NCBI GenBank assembly: GCA_964344145.1 | Contig: CAYFME010000007.1 | Location: forward strand, 2-64,001 | DNA: 64,000 nucleotides | DNA from: an uncultured Gammaproteobacteria bacterium | Lineage (GTDB): Bacteria; Patescibacteriota; Patescibacteriia; UBA9934 | Direction of reading: 5' to 3' | Part shown: positions 44,320 through 54,799 of the stretch, piece after piece | Layout of the letters: every line of letters begins with the position of its first letter | Position numbering within the stretch: the stretch's first letter is position 1 | Position numbers and translations under genes: made by a program | Notes under the pieces: generated by a model | Databases searched by the model: none | What the model was told of the DNA's origin: nothing | The model's input: the letters and a program-made list of their open reading frames with translations, nothing else

Positions 44320-45450
44320 CTAGATAACGATTCGTGGCAAATGCGCCTTGATCATGGTCGGAACCTCATAGTTGATGGTACCAATCCACTCGGCGAGATC
44401 GTCTGCGGTGACCTGGTTAAGGCCGTCACGGCCTAAAAGTGTTGCTACGTCGTCCTGCTTTACGTCAGCCACAGCCGATACATCAATCATACACATATTC
44501 ATACAGATATTCCCAATAACACGGCATTTCTGACCTTTAACGATCATATGCGCACTTCCTTTGAGTAATCGCGTGTAACCATCATGGTAGCCAACAGGAA
44601 CGACGGCTATGCGCAGCGGTCGATCGCTGACAAAGGACTGGCTATAGCCAACGGGTGTGCCAGAAGGAATGTCCTTGACTTGGGCAATGCGAGCTTTCCA
44701 AGACAAGACTGGTGTCAGTTCTACTTTTGAGAGCAACTCTCGTCTGAGGTTTTGCGAGGGCCAAAGACCGTATTGGGCAAGTCCGACGCGCACCATGTTG
44801 TGATGAACGCTTGGATATAAGAGTGTTGAAGCTGAGCATGAGATATGTAAGTAGGTAGGATCGAAGCCGAAACGCTTGATCTCAGCCACGGCCTGATTAA
44901 ATCGCTCGTTTTGGTCGTCGCAAACAGACTTTTTGCTCAGATCCTCTGAGCTGGAAAAATGCGAGGACACCCCAACGAGATTTAGCGCAGATGATTCGCG
45001 TTCTATGTCGGCGAGGAGCGATTTCAGATCACGCTCCCCCACTCCCTGACGCTGAGTTCCGGTTTCAATTTTGATGTTCACGAGTGCCGTTGTTTGCCGT
45101 GATCGTGCTGCATCAGCCAGGCCACGGATCATGTCGCTCGTGTACACCGCTTGGATGAGTCGATACGTGATGATGTCACCGAAACGCTCTGGTACTGTAT
45201 AGCCGAGCACGAAGATCGTCGCGTCTGCGGCGTGTTTGCGTACCTCGATGGCCTCATCAATAGAATCAACACCAAAGTGATGCACGCCAGCCGCCTGCGC
45301 CAACCGAACCATCGTAGTTGCGTCGTGACCGTACGCATTCGCTTTGACAACGGCACAAAGAGTCACACCGTCTTTCAGGCGTGACTCAATGGCGCGTAGG
45401 TTCTGCTCGTACGCGCGTGCGTCTATTTCAATCCACGATTTTGCATTCAT
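44320..45450 (-). CDS. alr: alanine racemase
   Basis: The PLP site AVVKANAYGHD is present. The start MNAKSWIEIDA at 45450 is preferred. Confidence 0.8.
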   Translation of the reverse strand: MNAKSWIEIDARAYEQNLRAIESRLKDGVTLCAVVKANAYGHDATTMVRLAQAAGVHHFGVDSIDEAIEVRKHAADATIFVLGYTVPERFGDIITYRLIQAVYTSDMIRGLADAARSRQTTALVNIKIETGTQRQGVGERDLKSLLADIERESSALNLVGVSSHFSSSEDLSKKSVCDDQNERFNQAVAEIKRFGFDPTYLHISCSASTLLYPSVHHNMVRVGLAQYGLWPSQNLRRELLSKVELTPVLSWKARIAQVKDIPSGTPVGYSQSFVSDRPLRIAVVPVGYHDGYTRLLKGSAHMIVKGQKCRVIGNICMNMCMIDVSAVADVKQDDVATLLGRDGLNQVTADDLAEWIGTINYEVPTMIKAHLPRIVI

Positions 45451-45510
45451 AGTCGTTGCGAGGAGGCGAAGCCGACGAAGCAATCTATTAGGCGAATAGT
45501 TTGCTTCGGC

Positions 45511-46773
45511 CTACGGCCTCGCAATGACGGATTTATTCATCCAAGGTCGCAGGACCTCGGGGACAACAATAGAGCCATCTTTTTGCTGGTAGTTCTCGAC
45601 GATTGCCACGATCGTTCGTCCAATGGCAAACGCGGTACCGTTGAGCGTGTGCACGAATTGCATCTTTCCATCTTTGTCCTTGAAGCGCGTGTTCAGACGT
45701 CGCGCCTGGAAGTCGGTACAGGTACTTGTTGAATGCGTTTCTCGGAAGGCGTCTTGCGACGGAATCCAGGTTTCAATGTCGTATTTGCGTGCCGCAGGCA
45801 GTCCAAGGTCGCCGGTAACCATCTTGATCACTTGATAGTGCAGACCGAGACCCCGCATGAGTTCTTCTTCGATCTCAAGAATCATCTCGTGTTCTTGTTC
45901 CGACGTTTCAGGGTTGCAGAAGCTGAACATTTCTACTTTGTCGAACTGATGAACGCGTATAATGCCTTTCGTGTCTTTTCCGTAGGATCCGGCCTCTCGT
46001 CGGTAGCACGGTGAGACGCCCACGTATCGAATCGGTTCTGTCACATCCAGTACTTCGTCCATGTGCATTGGTCCAATGGATTGCTCCGATGTTCCGGTCA
46101 AGTACTGGTTGTCTTTTGCAAGATAGTAGATTTCATCGTGTCCACCGTGCTCCAAATATCCCATCGCCCGCATAGCTCGAGCGCTAACGAGCGTTGGCGG
46201 AACAACTGGAGTAAATCCTCGCTTCACGATCGTTTGCAGCGCGTACTGGATGAGCGCGAAGTGCAGAAGGGCGCCATCACCTTTGAGATACGCAAAGCGC
46301 GCACCTGATGCCTTTGCCGCGCGCTCCATGTCGATTAGTCCCAGTGCCTCGCCAAGCTCAACATGATCCTTCACTGGGAAATCAAAGTCAGGCTTCTCCC
46401 CCACCGTCTTGATAACTTCGTTGTCATCTTCGGTTGGAGAGATCTTAACGTCCTCGCAAGCAGGATTTGGAATCTTATAAAGCAGCTCATCTAGCTCTTC
46501 AGCCTGCGGTGTGAGCTCTGCTTTTAGCTCGTCGGCCTTGCGATCAATGCGACGCATGTCCTCTATGAGTTCTTTGCGCTCATCATCACTTGCTTGAGGA
46601 ATTTTTTTTGACGCCTCGTTCTTCTGTGCAGCGATTTGCTCGTACGACTGCTTCAGAGATCGCACGGCTTGGTCAAGCTCCAAGATACGGTCGACGTCTA
46701 TCTCAACGTTTTTTGCTTTTGCTGCGTCGGCAATACGTTTGGGATGCTCCCGCAGCTCTTTGATGTCAATCAT
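45511..46773 (-). CDS. serS: seryl-tRNA synthetase
   Basis: An N-terminal coiled coil is followed by class II motifs. Confidence 0.9.
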   Translation of the reverse strand: MIDIKELREHPKRIADAAKAKNVEIDVDRILELDQAVRSLKQSYEQIAAQKNEASKKIPQASDDERKELIEDMRRIDRKADELKAELTPQAEELDELLYKIPNPACEDVKISPTEDDNEVIKTVGEKPDFDFPVKDHVELGEALGLIDMERAAKASGARFAYLKGDGALLHFALIQYALQTIVKRGFTPVVPPTLVSARAMRAMGYLEHGGHDEIYYLAKDNQYLTGTSEQSIGPMHMDEVLDVTEPIRYVGVSPCYRREAGSYGKDTKGIIRVHQFDKVEMFSFCNPETSEQEHEMILEIEEELMRGLGLHYQVIKMVTGDLGLPAARKYDIETWIPSQDAFRETHSTSTCTDFQARRLNTRFKDKDGKMQFVHTLNGTAFAIGRTIVAIVENYQQKDGSIVVPEVLRPWMNKSVIARP

Positions 46774-47180
46774 AGGTTTTCTCTGAGTTTACTGGTTTTG
46801 TACGTCTCAGGTTGAAACGCCTCCATACGGATAATCGGAATCTCCACATCATATTGCCTCATCCAGCCAATAAGATCGTTTTCCAGATCGTCCTGATCGT
46901 ATCCAATGGCAATGATATCGGGACGGCTGATGGAGATTCCGCGGTAGTTGCCAAGCGTATGGTCGCCTTTTAGGACGTGGTCGACTGCAGGAAGTGCGAG
47001 GAGCGCTTCCCTGCGCTGATCAAACGGCTGCTCCGGCTTGCGACCCTTGAGGGTCTTGATGATCGCATCTCGTGCCAAATAGACCGTGAGTTCATCGCCC
47101 AGCTCCTTTGCTTGCGCCAGGAAAGCCTTGTGGCCCGAGTGCAACAGATCGAATGCTCCAAAAACAGCAACACGTTTCAT
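46770..47180 (-). CDS. cytidylyl/adenylyltransferase-like nucleotidyltransferase (HxGH)
   Basis: FGAFDLLHSGH. Confidence 0.55.
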   Translation of the reverse strand: MKRVAVFGAFDLLHSGHKAFLAQAKELGDELTVYLARDAIIKTLKGRKPEQPFDQRREALLALPAVDHVLKGDHTLGNYRGISISRPDIIAIGYDQDDLENDLIGWMRQYDVEIPIIRMEAFQPETYKTSKLRENL

Positions 47181-47188
47181 ACGCTTGG

Positions 47189-48676
47189 CTACTCAGACTC
47201 TGCCTCGCCTCCTGCGTCGCTTGTTTTTAGCTTCAATGTTGGGAACAGAATAACTTCCTTAATGCTTGGTGATCCTGTTAAAAGCGCTGCGAGACGATCA
47301 ATACCAATGCCATACCCAGCTGTTGGAGGCATGCCGTGCTTGAGGGCGGTGATGTAGTCGTCATCAATGCGCATTCCTTCCTCGCTTCCCCGCTCTCGCA
47401 AAATCTCCTGCTCGTGGAAGCGCTGTTCCTGCTCAATCGGATCATTAAGCTCGTTAAAGGCATTAAACATTTCCATGCCGAGAATCACCATCTGCGCACT
47501 CGCGCTGTAGTGTGGATTGTTGTCGCGACGTTTTGCCAATGGTTTCATGGCTGCGGGATAGTCGGTCACAAAGACAGGGCCAACGATATTTGGCCGAGCG
47601 CCGTGCTTGTATAGATAATCAACCAACTCACCATAGCCGACGACGCCCTTGGTGTAGAGACCTTTGTCATCCATGATTTTTCGCAACGCATCCTCTTCCG
47701 TGACTTCATCAAGATCAATGCCGCTGTGCTCAAGAATGATGTCGTGGAAGGTTTTGCGTGGGATGTCAACGAATGAAATCGTATGCTCCTGCATTTTTAC
47801 CTCTTCGTTTCCAGTCACCGCCTTACATGCAGCGCGAAGAAGTCGCTCAAGGTGGTCCATGAGCATCTCGATCGTCGCATACGCCCAGTACGCTTCGATT
47901 TGCGTGAACTCAGGGTTGTGTTGCGGGCTGATGCCTTCGTTGCGGAAACAACGCGCAAATTCGTAAACTTTTTCAAACCCACCAACAACAAGACGCTTCA
48001 AGTACAGCTCAGGCGCAATGCGCAGGTACAAGTCTGCGTGCAAGGCATTGTGATGTGTTACGAATGGCTTTGCATTCGCTCCACCAGGGATTGGTTGCAA
48101 GATCGGTGTTTCAACTTCCAGGAAGCTCTCTTTTTCAAGAAGGGTACGCATCGCTGCGACCATTCGTGCGCGAGACTTTGCTGCTTCAATTACTTCAGGG
48201 TTAGAAAGGAGGTCGAGATAGCGTTGTCGGTAGCGCGTTTCTACATCTGACAATCCATGCCATTTCTCGGGAAGTGGGAGAAGACTTTTCGTCAGAATGC
48301 GAACCGACTTTGCTCCTACGGACTGTTCTCCTTTCTTTGTGACCATCACTGGTCCGTGGAATTCGTAAAAGTCCCCCATGTCTGCCTGTGCGTGGAAGGT
48401 TTCGTACGTCTCCTCGCCCATTGTGTCTTTGTGCAGAACAACCTGAATTTGACCTGAAGCATCTTGTAGCAACACAAAGCTAATACCACCGTGCTTGCGC
48501 AGCGCACGAACGCGGCCGGCTACGGTCACGGCCTCTTGCGAAGCTTCCAAGTCTTCAAATGAAGCAAGCACCTGTTCGGCAAGGTGCGATCGGTGGGCCT
48601 GGGCTGGAAAAGGGTTCTGTTTTGCGTCCCGGATAGCTTTCAATCGGCCTCTGCGGACGCGTTCTTCATCAATCAT
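47189..48676 (-). CDS. lysS: lysyl-tRNA synthetase (class II)
   Basis: An OB-fold N-domain is followed by class II motifs. Confidence 0.9.
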   Translation of the reverse strand: MIDEERVRRGRLKAIRDAKQNPFPAQAHRSHLAEQVLASFEDLEASQEAVTVAGRVRALRKHGGISFVLLQDASGQIQVVLHKDTMGEETYETFHAQADMGDFYEFHGPVMVTKKGEQSVGAKSVRILTKSLLPLPEKWHGLSDVETRYRQRYLDLLSNPEVIEAAKSRARMVAAMRTLLEKESFLEVETPILQPIPGGANAKPFVTHHNALHADLYLRIAPELYLKRLVVGGFEKVYEFARCFRNEGISPQHNPEFTQIEAYWAYATIEMLMDHLERLLRAACKAVTGNEEVKMQEHTISFVDIPRKTFHDIILEHSGIDLDEVTEEDALRKIMDDKGLYTKGVVGYGELVDYLYKHGARPNIVGPVFVTDYPAAMKPLAKRRDNNPHYSASAQMVILGMEMFNAFNELNDPIEQEQRFHEQEILRERGSEEGMRIDDDYITALKHGMPPTAGYGIGIDRLAALLTGSPSIKEVILFPTLKLKTSDAGGEAESE

Positions 48677-48765
48677 AGACGAGCTCAGTCTACATCACTT
48701 CGCCTTGACATTCAAGGCTTTTATTGGTACCTTCAGGGCCATTCTCGTGAACTGGAGGGCGACGA

Positions 48766-49455
48766 ATGGCAGCTCCTCATCCGCATATCTTGCAAGTCGT
48801 TTTGTGGCTGATGCGCCACGGGGACGTCGATCGCACTGACGTAGTGCCTGGTGCACCCTTCGACCCGCCGCTGTCAGACGACGGTCGCTGGCAGGTCAAC
48901 GCCGCGTTCGAACGTCACATCCTGCCGGAGCTCACACAGCACGACGCAAGCTGGGACGGTCAGCTCTGGAACAGCGGTCTCGTCCGCGCGCGCCAGAGCG
49001 CCGAGAGCATCGGTTCGTTCCTGCTCCAGCTGGGCGACCGCTGTCCCTGGACGCCGGTCACCATGTCCGCGCCCGAGCTGAACCACCAGGCTGTGATGTC
49101 GGCGATCCCGGAGCATCGTGCGCGCTTCCTGGAGCTATGCGACGAGCTCGAGGAGGGGGAGGATACGACGATGCACGACTGGCAGACGCGCTGGTCACAC
49201 TCGTCATGGCTCGCGAGACGGCTCGCCGCGTGGGCTCACGAGCGGATTCTCGTGGATCTGCACGGTGCGAGCACGGACCTCGTGCATCACATCGTGGGCA
49301 TCACGCACCACCCGCTCGCCGGGCTGCTGCACATGTACCCGGGGCACGCTCCGGCTACCTGGCCCAACGCCTCGATCTTCCGCTACACCGTCCACTTCAA
49401 CGGCATCTCGCCGCCGCAGTGCATGGACAGCAAGTTCATCGGCTATAAGGCCTGA
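48766..49455 (+). CDS. histidine phosphatase (phosphoglycerate mutase-like) family protein, ~65% GC (foreign)
   Basis: The RHG motif LMRHGDVD is present. Confidence 0.55.
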   Translation: MAAPHPHILQVVLWLMRHGDVDRTDVVPGAPFDPPLSDDGRWQVNAAFERHILPELTQHDASWDGQLWNSGLVRARQSAESIGSFLLQLGDRCPWTPVTMSAPELNHQAVMSAIPEHRARFLELCDELEEGEDTTMHDWQTRWSHSSWLARRLAAWAHERILVDLHGASTDLVHHIVGITHHPLAGLLHMYPGHAPATWPNASIFRYTVHFNGISPPQCMDSKFIGYKA

Positions 49456-49503
49456 GCTCGACGTCTACGACAACCTGCCTACGCCGAGGCTTCGGCAAGG
49501 CAA

Positions 49504-49536
49504 GCACCCCCGACCGGTCTCGCCGGTGCGGGGGTG
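49504..49536 (+). terminator. GC-rich hairpin (gcacccccg-accggtctcgccggt-cgggggtg) after the foreign phosphatase gene
   Basis: Seen in the sequence. Confidence 0.4.
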
Positions 49537-49560
49537 TCGCGCGTTCAAATCTGTAACACT

Positions 49561-50025
49561 TTATTCAATGCTTTTCACCGTGTACGTCATCGTGCCACCC
49601 GGCGTTTCCATCTCAACCTTGTCACCAACGCACGCACCGAGGAACTTGTTTCCAAGCGGAGACTCGTTGCTGATCTTTCCTGAGAGTGGATCAGCCTCAG
49701 ATGCACCAACAATGAAGAACATTTTTTCCTCTCCGCCAACTTCAACCGTGAATCCCGTTCCGATCGCAACGCACGTTGCACCCGTCTTCTTTTCGATCAC
49801 AACAATGTTGCGCAGCATGTTTTCGATCACAATAATTCGCGACTCGTTTTCAGCCTGGACCTGCTTGGCATCGTGATACTCAAAGTTCTCCGAAAGATCT
49901 CCAAGCTCTTTTGCTTGTCCGATCTTCTCGGCGATCTCTCGTCGCGTCTTCGTTTTTCGCTCCTGCAGTTCCGCCTTAAGCTCTTCCAAGCCCTCGGGCG
50001 AAATATACTGCGTATTATCGTTCAT
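49561..50025 (-). CDS. greA: transcription elongation factor GreA
   Basis: GLEELKAELQERKTKTRREIAEKIGQAKELGDLSENFEYHDAKQ. Confidence 0.85.
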   Translation of the reverse strand: MNDNTQYISPEGLEELKAELQERKTKTRREIAEKIGQAKELGDLSENFEYHDAKQVQAENESRIIVIENMLRNIVVIEKKTGATCVAIGTGFTVEVGGEEKMFFIVGASEADPLSGKISNESPLGNKFLGACVGDKVEMETPGGTMTYTVKSIE

Positions 50026-50125
50026 ATATTCGTTATTCCTCTATTCTTAGAGAAAAAAGGATGCACACCTCTACGGTGGCAATAGACGTAATCTACACGA
50101 AAACACCTATTCTGTCAACTTGGCG

Positions 50126-52039
50126 CTATTCCTGTGGAAAACGGTCTGAGAAGGCCCATTTCAGGATATCGAGCGTAATGGGAACCGCCAAATAGTCGTC
50201 CCCACCCTCCTCAATCAAAACCGTGATAGCCATCTCGGGCTCGTCAAACGGTGCGAATCCTGTGAACCATGAATGCGGAGGCTTAACCGTCGACCACTGA
50301 GCGGTTCCGGTTTTTCCAGCGACGGTCACGGGTGAAGACTGCAGCATCTGAGCTGATCCCCCAGTGACCGTGTACCGCATGGCGTCACGAATGATCGTCG
50401 CAATACTCTCGTCCACAGCACGTTCTGTCTCAATGTCACGCTCGGCCCACAGTCGTGGTCGAACGAGCTCTCCACCATTGGCAAACATGGCTGTGGCGCG
50501 GTTGATCTGCAGTGGCGTGGCAAGAAAGTCACCTTGCCCGATCGCGACGTGGTACGTGTCACCAATGTACCACTGTTCACCTTTCGCTTCCCACTTCCAT
50601 TCTCGTGAAGGGAGGAATCCGCCTGCCTCAGACGGGAGATCGATGCCCGTCGGCGATCCAAATCCCATCTGCGCGTCGTATTCCATCATCTTTTCAATGC
50701 CGAGTCCTTTGAAGGTTTCGTTTCCACCACCGATCATGTAAAAGAACGTGTTTACTGAGTCTGCAATGGCCCAATAGACGTCTGTCACGCCGTGACCGCC
50801 GGCGCGCCAGTCAGGGAAACACCAAATACTGACACAGATACCACCTGTGGATAAAAATGATGTCGTGCGATCAATCACGCCTTCCATGAGCGCCGCGGCG
50901 GCGTGTGTGGGCTTAATGGTTGATCCAGACGGAAAGTCACCGGAGCTTGCTCGTGCGAAAAGGGGTTGATCGTCGTCAGCGAGCAGCGACTCGTATAGCT
51001 GTTCTTCGATTCCGCCCGTGAACGCGTTTGCATCGTACGCAGGCCATGAGACGAGTGCGAGGATATCGCCGTTGTCTGGATCCATGGCGACGACGGACGC
51101 ACGCGTTGCAACTGTACCGTCAAGCCGCGCTTCAAGAACTTGCTCGATCTGCGCCTGCAGAGCCGCATCAACGGTTAGATGGAGCGATTGACCATCGACG
51201 GGATCGACCTTTGAGATGATACGTTCCGTTGCGCCTAGAGCATCGACCTCGAGGTATGTCTCGCCAAATGTTCCGCGCAGCATCGACTCATACTCCGATT
51301 CCAAGCCAAGTTTTCCAACATGGTCAAACTGCCGATAGCCTTCATCGGAAAGGAGTTCGTACTCATCTTCGTTCACCACACCGGTGTAGCCGAGCACATG
51401 CGAAAGTGACGGAATGCCATCGGTGATGTACTCGCGCTTTGAAGCGATCTCCAGCTGCATCCAAGGATAGTTGTCCCGGTGCGTTGCCAGGTACATGGCC
51501 ATTTCGTAACCAACATCCTGCGCCAACAAAATGGGTTCGTCAGCGTCCTCAACGTCTGACAGAATGACGAGCCATTCGCGTAGATCTTCATCAATGAGCG
51601 TTGCGAGCGTGCCCAGTGCCTGCTCGCGGTCGTAGGCGTCAGAAGGAAGTGCGGAGAGCGCTGTCACAATTTGAAATGTTGGGATATTCTCCGCCAAAAT
51701 GACGCCATTGCGGTCATAGATGACACCACGCTTGGCTGGAAGGATTTGGCGATAAATACGGTTTTCTTCCGCAAGCAGACGATACTCTTCTCCGTGCACG
51801 ATTTGCATCATGCCGGTTCTGCCGACGAATCCTAGTGCGATGAGTATGAGCACGCCCACGGCCATACGAAAGCGTCGAGAGTCAATAACCGAACCAACAA
51901 ACGAACGCGCAGACTGCGTGGACGCATCTGGATACTGGGCCATCGCTTCCTCGAAAAACACATCATCACGCCGATCAATGGAAAGCGGCGTGCGGTCGAC
52001 GTCAAACTCTGGAAATGGATTATTGTCGACGGGTAACAT
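50126..52039 (-). CDS. mrdA: penicillin-binding protein 2 (elongasome transpeptidase)
   Basis: STIKP, SVN and KTGT motifs are present. It sits in the operon with mreBCD. Confidence 0.8.
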   Translation of the reverse strand: MLPVDNNPFPEFDVDRTPLSIDRRDDVFFEEAMAQYPDASTQSARSFVGSVIDSRRFRMAVGVLILIALGFVGRTGMMQIVHGEEYRLLAEENRIYRQILPAKRGVIYDRNGVILAENIPTFQIVTALSALPSDAYDREQALGTLATLIDEDLREWLVILSDVEDADEPILLAQDVGYEMAMYLATHRDNYPWMQLEIASKREYITDGIPSLSHVLGYTGVVNEDEYELLSDEGYRQFDHVGKLGLESEYESMLRGTFGETYLEVDALGATERIISKVDPVDGQSLHLTVDAALQAQIEQVLEARLDGTVATRASVVAMDPDNGDILALVSWPAYDANAFTGGIEEQLYESLLADDDQPLFARASSGDFPSGSTIKPTHAAAALMEGVIDRTTSFLSTGGICVSIWCFPDWRAGGHGVTDVYWAIADSVNTFFYMIGGGNETFKGLGIEKMMEYDAQMGFGSPTGIDLPSEAGGFLPSREWKWEAKGEQWYIGDTYHVAIGQGDFLATPLQINRATAMFANGGELVRPRLWAERDIETERAVDESIATIIRDAMRYTVTGGSAQMLQSSPVTVAGKTGTAQWSTVKPPHSWFTGFAPFDEPEMAITVLIEEGGDDYLAVPITLDILKWAFSDRFPQE

Positions 52040-52499
52040 ACAAAAAGCGTTTGGAAAATCGCTGCAATCGTTTTTCGGCGTACGAAATGACGATCAGTGT
52101 GATGGTGAGCATCAGTAGTCCCCAGCCAATCTCAATCGTTGGTTGTGTGAGTACAGAAAGACTGCTGATCATGAAGATGAGATACAGAGATAAGCTCAGA
52201 CCCATCAGAGCGAGCAATGAACGCTTGGCAAAGATGCGCGTCACGAGGATCGGTCCGAGGACGGCGATCAGAATGTATCCCCACCAGGCTCCAGGGAGAA
52301 AACCTGTCCAGATGGCGACGACGGGTGTGATCAGAAACCAAATGGCGCCGAGCTCCAGGCGACCGCGATGTAGAAGAAGGAAACCGATGGCAAGATGCAG
52401 CGGTGTTGCGGCAAGTGGAAGACTGACGGCCTGAACAACTGTTGTTTGCAGAAACAAGCTGACAAAAAAGAGAACAGCAATGGCAACGGTGTTGATCAT
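52020..52499 (-). CDS. mreD: rod shape-determining protein MreD (by position; polytopic membrane)
   Basis: The 159 aa hydrophobic protein lies between mreC and pbp2. Confidence 0.5.
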   Translation of the reverse strand: MINTVAIAVLFFVSLFLQTTVVQAVSLPLAATPLHLAIGFLLLHRGRLELGAIWFLITPVVAIWTGFLPGAWWGYILIAVLGPILVTRIFAKRSLLALMGLSLSLYLIFMISSLSVLTQPTIEIGWGLLMLTITLIVISYAEKRLQRFSKRFLYVTRRQ

Positions 52500-53308
52500 A
52501 GCGGGATTTGTAGAACCGTTACGTAAGAGAAGTCATCCTCTTGGATGATTTGCTCAACACGCGCTTCTTGAAATGCTGCTGCGTCGTCGACCATCAGCTC
52601 ATTCACCACTCCAATCACCAGTCCACTGGGAATCTGTTCATCCAGCCCCGATGTGACGACAACGTCGTTGACGGCGATGCGCTCGTTTTGCGGGATGAAC
52701 TGCATGGAGAGTAGGTATCCTTCCCTTCCTTCAACGAGTCCAATGGTTTTGTCTGATCCAAGAATGGCTGCGGCAACCGAACTTTCGTTGTCATGCAGGA
52801 GTCGAACGACGGCGGTGCTGTTGTTGAGGTCCGTGACAATGCCAACAAGATGTCCATCACCAACCACAACCGCCTGTCCGACGATCATGCCGTCATGAAT
52901 GCCTTTGTCGATAAGGAGTTCACGATCCTCGGTGAGTGATCGAGAGAGAACGCGCGCGAGCGTTGTTTGATAATCAACCGTTTGCTCGTACGCCAGCAGT
53001 GCCTCAAGTTCAGTAATTTGACGTTCAAGCTCTTCAATGGACGATGAATCCAGGGCAAGAGCGGCGGCGAGAGATTGGTAATGGGCATGCTCGGTCTTGA
53101 GCGTCTCTCGGGCAAAGAACGTATCGTCTGCCCAGTTTCCAATGGTTTGACTGAGGTTGTAGAACCCAGCTTGTACGCGCTGTGTCCCTTCAGCAGCAGG
53201 TGTAAAAAAGATCAGCAAGAGGATGCCGAGTGTAATGAGCAGGAATAAGCCGACCGTCTCGAGCCCAGCTCTTGATGACTTGGAAAGGTTTTTGAGAGAA
53301 AGTGGCAT
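52496..53308 (-). CDS. mreC: rod shape-determining protein MreC
   Basis: An N-terminal TM helix and coiled coil are followed by a beta domain. Confidence 0.65.
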   Translation of the reverse strand: MPLSLKNLSKSSRAGLETVGLFLLITLGILLLIFFTPAAEGTQRVQAGFYNLSQTIGNWADDTFFARETLKTEHAHYQSLAAALALDSSSIEELERQITELEALLAYEQTVDYQTTLARVLSRSLTEDRELLIDKGIHDGMIVGQAVVVGDGHLVGIVTDLNNSTAVVRLLHDNESSVAAAILGSDKTIGLVEGREGYLLSMQFIPQNERIAVNDVVVTSGLDEQIPSGLVIGVVNELMVDDAAAFQEARVEQIIQEDDFSYVTVLQIPL

Positions 53309-54360
53309 TAGCTGTAACCTTCGTCAGATGTTGATGGCAGCGTGATTTCTTTAAGCAGCTCCTGGTCTTCAAGAAGGACACCGGTCCCTCGTACAACGGT
53401 TGTGAGCGGGTCGTCGGCAAGACGAACGGGAACCTCTGTTTGCTTTTCGATAATACGGTCGATGCCTTTCAGGAGCGCACCACCACCACACAGAACAATG
53501 CCTCGTTCGTAGATATCTGCGACCAGTTCTGGCGGCGTGACCTCGAGTGTAAGTTTGATGTTGTCTGTGATGTTGCGAATGGATTTCTGTAGAGCCTCGC
53601 GCACTTGTCCATCGTTGATCAAAACCTGTTTGGGCAAACCAGTCAGAAGATCGCGTCCGCGCATTTCAAAGTCCATGTACTCATCCATCTCGACAGCCGT
53701 TCCAATGCGACACTTCACCGCTTCCGCCACTTTGTCACCAATCAGCAAGTTGAACACGTCACGCGTGTACTGAATGATGTTCTTCGTCATCTCCTCGCCT
53801 GCAACGGTCAGTGATTTCCATGTAACCACACCGTTGAGCGAGATCACTGCGATCTCCGTTGTTCCACCACCGATGTCGACGATCATCGAACCGACAGACT
53901 CAGAGACTGGCAACCGGGCACCAATCGCTGCGGCCATTGGTTCTTCTACAAGGAACACCTCTCGTGCACCGGAGCTAATAGCGGCGTCTTCGACGGCCTT
54001 GCGTTCCACCTCTGTGACGTCCAGTGGTACACCGATGACGACGCGTGGACGTGGGACGACGGTGAATGCGTCTTCGTGAATTTTATCAAAAAAGTACTTC
54101 AGCATCTTTTCCGTCACCTCGAAGTCAGAAATGACGCCTTTGGTGAGCGGTTTGGTGGTGACAATGTGCGGCGGTGTCTTCCCGAGCATGTCCTTGGCGC
54201 TGTGACCGACCGCGACGATTTGATTTGAGCGTGTGTTAACAGCCACGATTGACGGCTCGTTCACCACAACGCCCTTCCCTTTAACAAAAAGCAGTGTATT
54301 GGCCGTTCCAAGATCAATACCGATGTCCTCCGAAAATCGACCAAAAAATTTGTTCAACAT
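53308..54360 (-). CDS. mreB: rod shape-determining protein MreB (actin homolog)
   Basis: IGIDLGTANTLLFVKGKG... Confidence 0.9.
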   Translation of the reverse strand: MLNKFFGRFSEDIGIDLGTANTLLFVKGKGVVVNEPSIVAVNTRSNQIVAVGHSAKDMLGKTPPHIVTTKPLTKGVISDFEVTEKMLKYFFDKIHEDAFTVVPRPRVVIGVPLDVTEVERKAVEDAAISSGAREVFLVEEPMAAAIGARLPVSESVGSMIVDIGGGTTEIAVISLNGVVTWKSLTVAGEEMTKNIIQYTRDVFNLLIGDKVAEAVKCRIGTAVEMDEYMDFEMRGRDLLTGLPKQVLINDGQVREALQKSIRNITDNIKLTLEVTPPELVADIYERGIVLCGGGALLKGIDRIIEKQTEVPVRLADDPLTTVVRGTGVLLEDQELLKEITLPSTSDEGYS

Positions 54361-54403
54361 AGCCCCACTTGAGACCTTATTTTAGCCGAACGAGGTCTGT
54401 GGA

Positions 54404-54787
54404 TCAAGCGGGCTTGTGCGCTAAGCTCAGGAAGATGCTCTCGAGCAATCCAACCAATAAAATCAATAGAATAGCCGACCACCACGTGAGCCAGCTGTTG
54501 TGCATCAAAAAGAGCGTGAGCTCGAGTAATACGGCAATGAAGATGCCTTGTCTTAGCGAAATCTTTACGAGTCCTTCGAGAGTATAAGGTGTTTTGCGTC
54601 GAACACGAACGATCGTGCTAATAGCGCTGACCGTTCCTGTAAGGCTTGCGAAAAGCGTCAGATGAAAGGCCAAGAGTCCAATTCCGCTGGCCGTGACAGG
54701 GTCAATGCTAAAGAGCGTAATTAACCACGCACACCACGAGATGGCGGTTCCGTAGAGGAGAAAGAGGATGTATTGTCGGACTGACAT
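54404..54787 (-). CDS. small 4-TM membrane protein co-oriented 13 nt downstream of the CDPS gene
   Basis: The 127 aa product has four hydrophobic helices and no known domain. Confidence 0.45.
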   Translation of the reverse strand: MSVRQYILFLLYGTAISWCAWLITLFSIDPVTASGIGLLAFHLTLFASLTGTVSAISTIVRVRRKTPYTLEGLVKISLRQGIFIAVLLELTLFLMHNSWLTWWSAILLILLVGLLESIFLSLAHKPA

Positions 54788-54799
54788 GAGCTGATTGTA

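Noticed and set aside
49118-49876. 252-aa + strand ORF
   Set aside because: It is antisense to greA and out-of-frame with the phosphatase gene, and is Arg/Ser/Thr-rich.
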